DNA from: Trueperaceae bacterium
GTDB lineage: Bacteria > Deinococcota > Deinococci > Deinococcales > Trueperaceae
Assembly (NCBI GenBank): GCA_965215565.1
Contig: CBDCDZ010000004.1
Location: 64,001 to 128,000, forward strand
Direction of reading: 5' to 3'
Length of the DNA: 64,000 nt
Part shown: piece by piece, positions 50,709 through 60,461 of the stretch
How the letters are laid out: each line of letters opens with the position of its first letter
How positions within the stretch are numbered: position 1 is the stretch's first letter
The notes under the pieces: generated by a model
The model's database searches: none
What the model was told of the DNA's origin: nothing
What the model saw: only the letters and a program-made list of their open reading frames with translations
Translations under genes and position numbers: made by a program

Positions 50709-51148
50709 GCCGCTTGCAACGCCCCCTCGCGCAAGACGCGCCCGTCCTCCATGTTCACCGTGCGCTTCACATGGTCCAAGAGCCTCGGGTCGTGCGTCGA
50801 GAACACAAACGTCACGCCCTCATCTTCGTTCAGACGCTTCATCAACTCGATGAGGTCGCCCCCTGATTTGCTGTCTAGGTTCGCGGTAGGCTCGTCTGCT
50901 AGGATGATGTCAGGTTTAGCGGCGAACGCCCGCGCCACCGCCACGCGCTGCTGCTGACCGCCCGAAAGTTGGTTGGGGCGGCGGTCTGCAAACTCCTCCA
51001 TGCCGAGGGCTTTAAGTGACTCTAAGGCTTTAGCCTCCCGCTTCTTCTTGTCCACGCCTTGGAGTTCCAACACGAACGCGGCGTTCTCTAAGGCAGTCAG
51101 CACCGGGATGAGGTTGTAGGCTTGGAAGACGAACCCGAGTTTGTCCAG
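50705..51148 (-). pseudogene. LolD/MacB-type ABC ATPase, C-terminal half only
   Basis: DKLGFVFQAYNL, LSGGQ, LADEPT, TH present; Walker A absent. Confidence 0.85.
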
Positions 51149-51383
51149 CGTCCCTGGGTGGTGCAATCACCCTGGTCAAGCCTTGCTCCTCCCCTTCGCT
51201 GTAGATGCGCATGGTGTAGGTGTCCTCTTCGTCCGGACGGATGACTTGCATGTTCAGCGTCGCCGCTTGTGACTCGCCGCGCAGGTTGTTCACGATGGTG
51301 CCCAAGATGCTGCTCGCGTCCTCTTGGGCGTGAGCGAAGCCAAGCGTGAGTAAAAGGGTGAGGGTTGTGAGTACGAATTTCAT
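51143..51383 (-). pseudogene. LolA-like lipoprotein-sorting protein, N-terminal fragment
   Basis: Signal peptide, NLRGES...MQVIRP...IAPPRDAGQ, then fused out of frame to the ATPase. Confidence 0.75.
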
Positions 51384-51437
51384 GTGTTCTCCTTTTAGAG
51401 AAGTAAGAAGTGGGAAAAAAGGTTCTTGCTCCTGCTC

Positions 51438-52045
51438 TTACGTTGCCCGCATCGCCTCAGCCGGGTTGAGATTCCTCACGCGCCTGCCCGGTATGGTGAT
51501 GGCGAGCACAGCAGCGATCAGAATGGTGACCGCAGCCCAAGCGAGGTAGGTGAGGCTCGAGGCGAACACAAACGTGTCGCTGAGCGCTAGACCTTGCAAG
51601 TAGTTGCCATAAAAGGTGTTGATGAAGGGTCCCATCAGGTTAGTCGCGGACATGAGGGCGTTTAAGCTGAACCCGAGCACTGCGCCTAAGGCGAAACCGA
51701 TGAAGGTGGTATAGATAGCCTCCAGCGTCACCATCCGTGCGAGCTGATTCTGATTCAAACCCAAAGAGGTGATGACGCCGAACTCTCTCGTGCGCTCGAT
51801 GACGCTCACGATGACGGTGCTCATGACTGTCACAGCGGCAAAGAGCGCGATCATCAGGACGATGGGAATCATCGACGCGCGTTTGTCTTCAATCACCGCT
51901 AAGAGACCGCCCAAAAGTTCAGAGATAGGGTAAGCTCCAACGTTTTGAGGTAGAACCGACGCGGCATTGACCGCTTCTGCAACCGCTTCTTCATTGCCCT
52001 GCTGCACGTCGAGCGCTACGCCTGTTGCCGTCTCTACACCTGTAG
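51438..52045 (-). pseudogene. FtsX/LolE-like ABC permease, 5'-truncated
   Basis: VIERTREFGVITSLG, LNPAEAMR; N-terminal half missing. Confidence 0.75.
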
Positions 52046-52246
52046 CGGTATTGTCCTCGCTGGATTTGAAGATGCAACGGCAGGGCGGCTGCCCGTTTGC
52101 GTCGCCCTCCTCCGGGAGAAGGCTACCTCCAGCTCAAGGCTCTTTTCCGTGCACACTTGAAGCTGCTGTAGCAGCTTCAAGTGTGCGCGCTACTATTACG
52201 AGTTACTAAATGGGCAATAGCACAGAGGGTCTATCCTGCGCGCAGT

Positions 52247-53581
52247 TCACCATTTGAGCCAGCGCTGCCGGTAAAAGTTGGTATAGAAGCCGCCCTTACC
52301 CTTCGCGCCCGTGTCGTACTGATTGCTGTTACACCCGAAGCAGCGCATCTTCCTCGGTTTCACGCTCGTCCCGTTGTAAGCGCGGCCGTAGCGGTCTACC
52401 GAAGCGTTCTTAAAGACAGCGGTATGGAGGTGGGGATAGCCGCTATAACCCGTGAGACCCGCCCGGCCAATCACGACGTAAGGTAAGTTTTTCTTGCTGA
52501 TGAACTTTCCTTTGCGCACGTTGAGACGGCTGAGGTGGGCTGAGCGGTTCGTGTAAGCGTTGCCCCCTACAGTTGTGCGTACGTCTACGAAGATGCCGAG
52601 GCTCCAGTAGTTGTCGTTGCTTTGACCCGCGTACTTCACACGCCCCGGTATGGCGGAGTAGAGCTTTGCGCCGACTTGTAACCCGTAGTCCACAGCGTAG
52701 AACTGCCCGTAGGTTCGTGGCGGATTGGACTTGCAGCCCAGATGATATCTTGGATCATTAAAAAATCCGTTCGTACTCGTGCCCATCCGCGACCAACCCG
52801 GACGATTCGAATAGTAGCTGGCGTCGTTGATCCACTGCGTTTGCCAGCGTAAGCCTCTGGGCTGCAGCGCACAGCCTCTCGCCACCTGCGCCTCTAAAGT
52901 CACGTCCGGTTCGTCGCCTTCCCAGGACGCTTCAGCTAGGGGTGCGCCGTCCGTTCGGCTGTAGTCGAGTTCGACCTCTTTGCCTACCTCCGGCATCCCA
53001 CGTGCTTTCAGGTAGGTCTCCAGGTCAGGTAAGTTGAGTGTTTTAAGAGATTGAACGGGGGGCGTGAACTCGAGCTTGTCGAAAAGCCCCTGCGCCTCCG
53101 CACCGAGTTCTTGCCACACGCCAACGTGATAGACGCGCCCTTCCACCCCGACATAGACCACCGTATACTGCCCTTCGGGTGCGGGTAAGCCGCTGACTGC
53201 AACGCCCACTGCGCCGCCGACCTCGACCTCGGTTTGGTTTAGCTCAAGCTCAGCGTACTCGGCGCGTTTCTCCTCGACCAATTCACCGATTTGCTCAGGC
53301 GTAGCGTCCTCGACGAGAGCGACGCGCAGTTTGGGATGGAACGGATGGAAGTCGTCGCCTTCATTGCGCTCCGCTAAGACGAAGCCGTACGTTCCGTCGG
53401 TGAATTCGTCGTGTTTGACAACCCAGTCTTTCGGCGCGGTGAGGGAGACGCCAACCGTATCATCGGTGACTTCTTGCGTGTTCGGCGTAGCTTTGGCGGG
53501 TGTATCAGTCGCGGCGTCGTTGCCGCAGGCGCTCAAAAAGAGTAAGGCGAGGGCGAGTCCAACATGGCTTAGTTGCTTCAT
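52247..53581 (-). CDS. M23 metallopeptidase lipoprotein
   Basis: Lipobox LSAC; YH...FYAVDY, SAHLS, GLTGYSGYPHLH; acidic N-terminal domain and basic catalytic domain. Confidence 0.8.
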   Translation of the reverse strand: MKQLSHVGLALALLFLSACGNDAATDTPAKATPNTQEVTDDTVGVSLTAPKDWVVKHDEFTDGTYGFVLAERNEGDDFHPFHPKLRVALVEDATPEQIGELVEEKRAEYAELELNQTEVEVGGAVGVAVSGLPAPEGQYTVVYVGVEGRVYHVGVWQELGAEAQGLFDKLEFTPPVQSLKTLNLPDLETYLKARGMPEVGKEVELDYSRTDGAPLAEASWEGDEPDVTLEAQVARGCALQPRGLRWQTQWINDASYYSNRPGWSRMGTSTNGFFNDPRYHLGCKSNPPRTYGQFYAVDYGLQVGAKLYSAIPGRVKYAGQSNDNYWSLGIFVDVRTTVGGNAYTNRSAHLSRLNVRKGKFISKKNLPYVVIGRAGLTGYSGYPHLHTAVFKNASVDRYGRAYNGTSVKPRKMRCFGCNSNQYDTGAKGKGGFYTNFYRQRWLKW

Positions 53582-53670
53582 AGTCAATTCCTTATAAGGG
53601 GAGAATTGGGTTTGAGTCGCCAGCGTAAAGCAAAGCGGCGACGTAGTTTTGGAGGATAGAAGCGGCGGTC

Positions 53671-55206
53671 TCAACACGCTTTCGCCAGCCTGCCGTTGCT
53701 GCCCGAATAGATGTGAGCGTCGGTGATCCACTTGCCGTTCTTGAGTTTGTTCCAAAGGCGCGTCGTGCCGTAGGGTCCGGTGACGGCTTCGCCCCGTTCC
53801 TGACAGGTGATAACGACGGTGTAGCCGCCGCCGATGGTGCCCACCTTGCTGTAGTTCGTACCGGGACCGCTACGCAGGTTGTAGACGCTGCCGCTCAAGG
53901 TTTTAGCGCGTACGCGGTTGACAGTGGCAGGTCTGGTGTTGAGCTGTCCCAGGTCGCGCTCGATACTACCTACCGTGCTGAACGTTCCGCCGCCCCAAAG
54001 GACGCCGTAGAGGGTTGCCGTTCCCGATTTGCCCCGCTTGAAGATGGGAGAGCCGCTGTCGCCTTTGCCGGACCTGATGTTGGATAGGACCTGGCACAGT
54101 TGGGTCAGTCCGGTGTCGCCGTTCACGTTAAACTGGTTGACGTTGATGCACGTTCTTGTCACCTTGCCCGAGGTCCAACCCGTCGTCCTCCCCACCTTGT
54201 GGAGAATTTCGCCGACGATAGGCGCGTCGGCTTCGCCCGTGATTCTAAAGGAGCCGTTCACGCTCAGCGCGCCGCTGTTGAGGCTCGCCGTCTTAGCGAT
54301 TTTGCCCAAAGCGAAGGCGGAACTTCCTGTATACCGCGCGAACGAACTGTCGCTGTAGCGGCAGCGCCGTCCGGCGGGGCACTTACCGCCGCGGAAATAA
54401 CCGGGGTCTTTCGCCTCCACCCCGATGCGTCTACCGCTCGGCTGGCTATACACCGTACCTTCTGTACCGCCCTGCGTCTTCGTGCAGTGCGAATTGGTGA
54501 TAAAACCCGGCGAGCCTGCGCGCACAACGTGAAATCCCAACGTACAAGCGCCGTTGCCGAAGTTGATCTGAAAGCCCCCTCTCGTTGTATTAGGCGAACT
54601 TCTCAGCCCTAATAGAGGCATAATGGGTTCGGTTTCCTCAAAAAGCACTGCACCCTGGGGAATGCCCGCATCTTGCAAGGTGCGCTCTAGAAGGGCGCGG
54701 TTGGAAAAATCTTCAACGCCAACAACTAAGCGGTTCTGGGCTTCGTCGAGGTCGGTGAAGACGACGCCATCTATCCCCAATACCGAGTCAAGCTGCGCTT
54801 GCCAGGTGAGCAACTGTTCAACCTCATATTGACCCTCCAAGATGTGAATATCAGGCGCAATGTTTTGCGTCTCTAAACCCTCACGCCCCTGCTTGAGGCG
54901 CGCCTCACCCAACACATCTTTAAGCACCGCCAGCGCGTCGTCCCGCTGCGCTTGAGCATTTTGCGTTGTGATCCCAGCGGTGAGGTAGACCGTTAGAACG
55001 CCCTCGTCGTCGAAGAAGAGACCACCGAAGTTGGGTAGACGCTCGGCGATTTGAGCGAGCTGCTCGTCAGGATTGGTGTTCGCTGAGTACGAGGGTGCTT
55101 CGGCTTCATTCTCAGGTTGCGGCGTGGTAGCGCAACTTGCCAGTACGAGCACCAAAGATGTCAAAGCACTCAGGGTCAGCCACGGCTCAGGTAATCGTTG
55201 TCGCAT
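53671..55206 (-). CDS. Alpha-lytic/streptogrisin-like S1 protease lipoprotein with C-terminal SH3b-like domain
   Basis: LASC lipobox, pro-region, CTLGF, TNSHC, GDSGSP; C-terminal NLRSGPGTNY...CQ...LW...WITDA. Confidence 0.85.
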   Translation of the reverse strand: MRQRLPEPWLTLSALTSLVLVLASCATTPQPENEAEAPSYSANTNPDEQLAQIAERLPNFGGLFFDDEGVLTVYLTAGITTQNAQAQRDDALAVLKDVLGEARLKQGREGLETQNIAPDIHILEGQYEVEQLLTWQAQLDSVLGIDGVVFTDLDEAQNRLVVGVEDFSNRALLERTLQDAGIPQGAVLFEETEPIMPLLGLRSSPNTTRGGFQINFGNGACTLGFHVVRAGSPGFITNSHCTKTQGGTEGTVYSQPSGRRIGVEAKDPGYFRGGKCPAGRRCRYSDSSFARYTGSSAFALGKIAKTASLNSGALSVNGSFRITGEADAPIVGEILHKVGRTTGWTSGKVTRTCINVNQFNVNGDTGLTQLCQVLSNIRSGKGDSGSPIFKRGKSGTATLYGVLWGGGTFSTVGSIERDLGQLNTRPATVNRVRAKTLSGSVYNLRSGPGTNYSKVGTIGGGYTVVITCQERGEAVTGPYGTTRLWNKLKNGKWITDAHIYSGSNGRLAKAC

Positions 55207-55282
55207 ATAACCTCCTAAAAGGTTTGGTGCTGAAAGAAATTCGGAGCGGCGTGTGCACTTCAAGTGCACACGCCACGCTTGC

Positions 55283-56053
55283 TCAGCACCAGGGCGCAAC
55301 GCGCTCCCACGTGCCTGTATTGACCCAGGCATCTGAGACCCACTTACCGCTGGCGAGCTTGTCCCAGAGCCTCGAGTACTGGCCGCCGAGTTCGGAGGGT
55401 CCTTTGACCCGCGTACCCCGCTTGTGACAGACGATGCTCACGTTCTGACCGCCCGTCTTCTGCCCGACGACGCGGTAGTTCGTGCCGGGTCCGCTCCGCA
55501 AGTTCACCGTGTAACCCGCCGGAATCGTGCCCGTGGCGTACTGCTTGCCGCCCGACACCTTTCTTACGGCACGTCTGGCTTGTCCTAGATACTGTTTATA
55601 CGCGCCGCTGTTATAGGCGACCCAAGCCGTCCAGTTGCCCCGCTGACGGTAGATGTTGACCGCCGCTTTCGTGTTGCAGGCTGCGTTGTTGAGGCAGCTC
55701 ACTGCATATCTGTGGACACTGTTAATCTGGTAGAGACCTCTATCCACCGTGCCGTTCGCATTGCTGCCGTTAAAGGCGTTCGTACAGAGACCCGACTCGG
55801 CTTTAGCGACCGCGCCCGCTACCGCCCACTGGCTTTTGGGCAGGCGTCCGTCGCGCTTGAGGAGTTCGATAGTTTTCACCATCGAGATACGGTTACATGT
55901 CGCGAGGTTTTCGATGTCGGGCTCGGAGGATGGCGGCGCGACCTGTTGGCTACAGCCCGCGACGAGCGCGAGGAGCAGTGCGGCGATGAGTAGACCCGCT
56001 CTGCGTCTGAAAAGCTCTCGCGACGCTGCTCTATAGACGCCTATACGTCTCAT
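55283..56053 (-). CDS. Lysozyme-like/lytic transglycosylase lipoprotein with C-terminal SH3b-like domain
   Basis: VAGC lipobox; AES catalytic Glu, DRGLYQIN, WTAWVAY; C-terminal NLRSGPGTNY...LWDKL...WVSDAWV. Confidence 0.85.
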   Translation of the reverse strand: MRRIGVYRAASRELFRRRAGLLIAALLLALVAGCSQQVAPPSSEPDIENLATCNRISMVKTIELLKRDGRLPKSQWAVAGAVAKAESGLCTNAFNGSNANGTVDRGLYQINSVHRYAVSCLNNAACNTKAAVNIYRQRGNWTAWVAYNSGAYKQYLGQARRAVRKVSGGKQYATGTIPAGYTVNLRSGPGTNYRVVGQKTGGQNVSIVCHKRGTRVKGPSELGGQYSRLWDKLASGKWVSDAWVNTGTWERVAPWC

Positions 56054-56306
56054 GAGAAATGGATGGGTAAGCGCAAGATGTTAAGTTTTACACATTGACA
56101 GCTCGAGTATCGCCTGCCCTGCGGATAAATTTGCCACTCATGATGAGCTAGCCGTTCCATAAGTATGTCCTCTCCCAAAGATCACTCCAGACGGCGTATA
56201 GAAATATCGAGAGCATAAAGCCAACCGTCCTACACACGGATTCTTAAAACTCGTCCCCCTCTCTGAGATGCGCATCTCGAACGCTCATCAGCTTGCCATA
56301 AGGGGG

Positions 56307-56345
56307 TTGAGAAGCGCCTGAGAAGAGCTGATAAACCCCTGAGTT
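56307..56345. promoter_or_regulatory. Four phased heptamer direct repeats (SARP-type operator candidate)
   Basis: TTGAGAA (56307), CTGAGAA (56318), CTGATAA (56328), CTGAGTT (56339): spacing 11/10/11 bp. Confidence 0.6.
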
Positions 56346-56408
56346 TGGACTGCTGGACGCTCATCGTCCTCTGATAAAAGACTCACCTTCCGTTGCTAAT
56401 CTGACTTC

Positions 56409-58622
56409 GTGCAACTGAAAACTTTCGGGGGACTGGGCTTAGAGGGGGCGGACTTTCGGCGGGAAACGCCGCTCGTGCTGCTCGTCTACCTCTCGCTCGA
56501 GGGGGAGAAACCGCGTAGGCACGTCGCCGACCTCTTCTGGTCCGACAAAACAAACAAAACACAGCGCCTCAACAACCTCTCGCGGGTGCTCTCCGACCTA
56601 CGTAAATACGCGCCCGGTACGTTCGGGGCGAGCCGTACCCACGTCCGCTCGGAGGTAGGCTGCGACGTGCTCGAGTTCCGCCGCGCCCTGCTAGGGGGCA
56701 ACCACCGGCGGGCAGAAGAACTCTACCGAGGTCCTTTTTTAGAGGGGCACCTGTCTGGTTGGGGCGTCGAACTCGAGGAGTGGATAGACGAGCAGCGCCG
56801 CCTCACGTCCCAGCAAGCCCAAGAGGTTTGTCTCGTATTGGCCGAACAGGAGGCGTCGCGGCGGCACTTTACAGATGGCGCGGCGTGGGCGTGTCACGCC
56901 CATGAACTCAGCGACGTACTCGAGCCGGGCTTATCGAAGCGTTTCTACACCCTCCTCGCCGCCGCCGACCACCCGCTTGCAGGTGTCGTACAGCGCGATA
57001 TGGCGGACTACGACCTCGAGGTGTCTCTGTCAAAAGAAGAGGCGCAGTGGCGGCTCAGCCCGACGTTCGTCGGACGCGAAAGGGAGCGGGCACGGCTGCG
57101 AGGACTCGAGCAGGGCGCTTGGGCGTGGCTCAGAGGGGCCGAGGGCATGGGCAAGACGAGCCTGCTCAAAAGCCTCCCTGGGACCTTTTTACCTGCTCGC
57201 TCGGGCGCTCCCTTTGCGACACTGGAACCCCTGCTAAGTACCGGTGGCGATATTTCTGGGGGAGCGCGGGCACAGCTTCTACAGGAGCTTCGCTGGCGCG
57301 AAGATACCTGGTTGTTCGACGATTGGGAGAAGATGGACGCCGAGAGCCGTGAGCTTTTGGCGAGCCTCCGCAGAGCGAGGCCCCACCTCCGCGTCGTGAT
57401 CGCCGGAGAAGCGCCGCCGCCCTTTGCTGTCGATACTGTTTTGGAGTTGGGACCTCTTTCACCTAGAGCGTTAGAGACTCATCCCGGTGCCTGGGAAAAG
57501 ACGGGTGGACTGCCCAGCCTCGTCCACGCCTACTTGCAAGACGACGCTTTAGAACGTGTGCTAGAGACGCGCCTCGCAGCTTTTTCAGACGAGGTGAGCG
57601 ACGTTTTCTTCAGCCTCGCGCTTCTGGGCGCACCCTGTCCTATCCTGGTACGCCGGGCTCTGGGGTTGGACGCCGCAACGATGACCAGCGCACTCGGTGC
57701 TTTACTGGGCGCACATCTCGTCACCCCGGCGGGGCAGGTCAGAGCCCAGGATACGGCGCGTGCCCTGCTAGCCTCGCAGCCTTCTCGGTTCGGTCCTTTA
57801 GCCCTCAAGCTCGCCCGCTGTTCGGAGCCGCAAGAAGCGTTTGCGCTTTATCAGCAGACTCGAGCGTTCTGGACGCAGGCGGATAAACCCGCTATCCGAC
57901 GCGCCTACGCCGCCTACGCCAACAGCCTCCAACAAGAAGGCCAGGCAGAGCGAGCCGGAGCTATTTTACGTGAGGTGCCACCCGAGGAGGATTTGCTCCT
58001 CGCAGCTTCTTCTGCTGATAACCTCACCGACCAGGATGCGTCTGCTGAGGCTTCTCACGTCATCGAGAAACGCTTTCCGAAGTGGTGGTCTGCTACGCAC
58101 GTCGTTGGGTTTCTGCTCATCGCGCTGTTCAGTTCACGCGGCACTGCCGACGCGGTGACGACAGGCGGGATCATCCTCTCCACCCTGCTCATCTTAGCCG
58201 CGCTTCTCTACTTGGGGTGGCGGCTGGTACGCCTTAGAACATCAGCGGTTAGCTGGTCCGGGGTCGGCGTAGCGGTCGCTGCTGGTGGGGCTCTGGCGCT
58301 CGCCACGTTGAGCCGTTCGGGTCAGCTCGAGAGCCTGATGTGCTTGGGGAGTGTCGCGACGGTTGTAGGAACCGGAGCGACGATAGGTGCGGTTAGAGGC
58401 TCTAAAGCCGGGCTTTGCGGCTCGGGCTTTGCGGCGCTCGGCGCACTTTTTGCAGCCGCGCAACTCTCTTGGGGAATGGATGTCGGACTGCTGAGCGAAC
58501 TCGATATGTCTCTGCTGACGATGCAACTCGTGCTCAGCGTCGGGGCTGCGTTCTGGGGCTACGTCCTCGCGCTTATGATCGTGTCGTCACTTAAATCTAG
58601 GGGACTCTTTGCGACTGGTTAG
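56409..58622 (+). CDS. SARP/BTAD-type activator with P-loop NTPase and C-terminal multi-TM domain
   Basis: LKTFGGL..LLVYLSLEG..R..ADLFW, LYRGPFLEG..EEW (wHTH/BTAD-like); FVGRERE, GAEGMGKT, FDD; about six C-terminal hydrophobic helices. Confidence 0.8.
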   Translation: MQLKTFGGLGLEGADFRRETPLVLLVYLSLEGEKPRRHVADLFWSDKTNKTQRLNNLSRVLSDLRKYAPGTFGASRTHVRSEVGCDVLEFRRALLGGNHRRAEELYRGPFLEGHLSGWGVELEEWIDEQRRLTSQQAQEVCLVLAEQEASRRHFTDGAAWACHAHELSDVLEPGLSKRFYTLLAAADHPLAGVVQRDMADYDLEVSLSKEEAQWRLSPTFVGRERERARLRGLEQGAWAWLRGAEGMGKTSLLKSLPGTFLPARSGAPFATLEPLLSTGGDISGGARAQLLQELRWREDTWLFDDWEKMDAESRELLASLRRARPHLRVVIAGEAPPPFAVDTVLELGPLSPRALETHPGAWEKTGGLPSLVHAYLQDDALERVLETRLAAFSDEVSDVFFSLALLGAPCPILVRRALGLDAATMTSALGALLGAHLVTPAGQVRAQDTARALLASQPSRFGPLALKLARCSEPQEAFALYQQTRAFWTQADKPAIRRAYAAYANSLQQEGQAERAGAILREVPPEEDLLLAASSADNLTDQDASAEASHVIEKRFPKWWSATHVVGFLLIALFSSRGTADAVTTGGIILSTLLILAALLYLGWRLVRLRTSAVSWSGVGVAVAAGGALALATLSRSGQLESLMCLGSVATVVGTGATIGAVRGSKAGLCGSGFAALGALFAAAQLSWGMDVGLLSELDMSLLTMQLVLSVGAAFWGYVLALMIVSSLKSRGLFATG

Positions 58623-58638
58623 CCTATAGGTGTTTAAG

Positions 58639-58793
58639 TAGCAGTTCCACAACATATTGAGACAGTTGAGCGCAGATATCATCCCTTGAAGTGCGTGCTA
58701 GTTACGCAAGTTTGCTGCCTAGCAACATCGTTTTACAAAGTGCGAGTATTTCTGACCAGATGATTGAGCGAAGCTATACGAAGTAACCTGCTA
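58639..58793 (-). repeat. MITE-like repeat family B
   Basis: TAGCAGTTCCAC...GTAACCTGCTA; homologous to 44061-44255 and 16258-16600. Confidence 0.75.
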
Positions 58794-58814
58794 AAGGTAC
58801 CGGGCGTGGGCGCG

Positions 58815-59634
58815 TCAGCTTAGGTCCGAACCGAAGCGGCCGAAGTCGAGCGGGGACAACCCGGCAGCGGTCCGCCACGCCCTCAGCGCATCTGCGCACC
58901 TCTGAGCGTGCGTTAAGCCGTCCGTTCCGAGCGCGCGTTCCGAGCGCGCGCAGGTACCGCCCTTCGGCGAACGCCCCCTGGACTAGCGAAGGGCCGCGCA
59001 AGGACGGGCGCATCACCTCGCGCGCCTCGTCCCCACCGTCCGGCACGCCCCACAGCCATACGCCCGCCGCGAGGTACGCATGACCGTCCGCCACGCCGAG
59101 GCGCGGCGCGGTCTCCGGCTTCAGCTCGAGCCCGTCGGCGTAGACTAGGACCTTGTTGCGGTAGATATGCAAGCGGCTCGAGACACGCCGAAAGCTAAAG
59201 GCTTCACGGTGTGCGGTGCGCCCCACAGCGTAGCGCTCCAACGTACCGAAGTGCGCCCCCTCCTCGAGATGAACCTCGGTGCGCTGAGCAAAGTCGGCGT
59301 CTCGGTAAGGAATCACCAACCCAGGGTAGTATTCGAGTTCCGCTCCGCGCTCGACTTGCACCGCGACGCTCTGATACGCCGAGCCGCTCGGCATGGTGTG
59401 GAGTTTCGTCGCCGACTGGTTGACGAGCACGACTTTCGCGCCTGTTCTCACGGAGACCAAAAGGTCGTAGCGGTCCCCTTGCATGATACCCGGACCGACG
59501 TTGAGGAGCTGCAGCAGGGCGCGGCCACCCCCCACCTCGAAGGGACGAAGGACCTTGAGCGGGCTGCCCGCAAACTGCTCCGCGAGGTAGGTCTTACCCG
59601 CTCGCTGGCGGAAGGTCAGCTCGAGCCGACTCAC
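58815..59634 (-). pseudogene. ureD: Urease accessory protein UreD, C-terminus frameshifted by a 13-bp tandem duplication
   Basis: PLKVLRPF, GPGIMQGD, QSATK, GR..HREAF; CGTTCCGAGCGCG repeated at 58923-58948; as sequenced the ORF runs on to 58774. Confidence 0.8.
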
Positions 59635-59654
59635 CCGCTCACCTATTAGGACGC

Positions 59655-60269
59655 TCAGGCAGCGACCTCTTCAAACAGTACGTCACGCTTAATCCAGGCG
59701 ATGACCTCGTCCACCCCCGTGCCGTCCTTGAGGTTGGTAAAGACGTGCGGCTTCTCATCCCGCTGCGCCCGCGCGTCGCGGTCCATCACGCTGAGGTCTG
59801 CCCCGACGAGCGGCGCGAGGTCGATTTTGTTGATGATCAAGAGGTCGCTCCGCGTCACACCCGGTCCGCCCTTGCGCGGTACCTTATCGCCACCCGAGAC
59901 GTCCACGACGTAGATGCTCACGTCCACGAGTTCCGGGCTAAACGACGCTGAGAGGTTGTCGCCGCCAGACTCGAGGAAGAGGATGTCCACCTCGGGGTGC
60001 GCCGCGCTCATCTCGTCCACCGCCTCCTGGTTGATAGAGGTGTCCTCGCGGATGGCCGTATGCGGGCAGCCGCCCGTCTGCACACCCCGGATGCGCGCCG
60101 AGGGCAGCGCGCCCGAGCGGTTCAAGAACTCGGCGTCCTCGTACGTGTAGATGTCGTTGGTGATGACCACCAGATCGTACGCCTTTCGCATCCGCTTACA
60201 GAGCGTGTCTAAAAGCGCGGTTTTGCCGGAGCCGACGGGACCACCGATGCCGATTTTGACGGGTTTCAT
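59655..60269 (-). CDS. ureG: Urease accessory GTPase UreG
   Basis: [24 protein letters not shown]. Confidence 0.97.
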   Translation of the reverse strand: MKPVKIGIGGPVGSGKTALLDTLCKRMRKAYDLVVITNDIYTYEDAEFLNRSGALPSARIRGVQTGGCPHTAIREDTSINQEAVDEMSAAHPEVDILFLESGGDNLSASFSPELVDVSIYVVDVSGGDKVPRKGGPGVTRSDLLIINKIDLAPLVGADLSVMDRDARAQRDEKPHVFTNLKDGTGVDEVIAWIKRDVLFEEVAA

Positions 60270-60317
60270 AGATTTTCCTCCTCTTTGAAAGTGCGTTCAG
60301 TAATCATCTAGTATTGG

Positions 60318-60417
60318 AAGGACTGAGTGCTGTTACGTAGTTTCTGCGTAGCAGAGGGACTGAGTAGTTGAAAACCCCCGTAGGGAGAAAAGATTTTACC
60401 TCAGTCCTTTTCTCTTT
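60318..60417. repeat. GGACTGAG/CTCAGTCC hairpin repeat (family C)
   Basis: Homologous in inverted orientation to 40737-40866. Confidence 0.7.
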
Positions 60418-60461
60418 CCTCTTCTGATTCGAGAAGTTAAGGCAAGCACCTAACGTCATGT

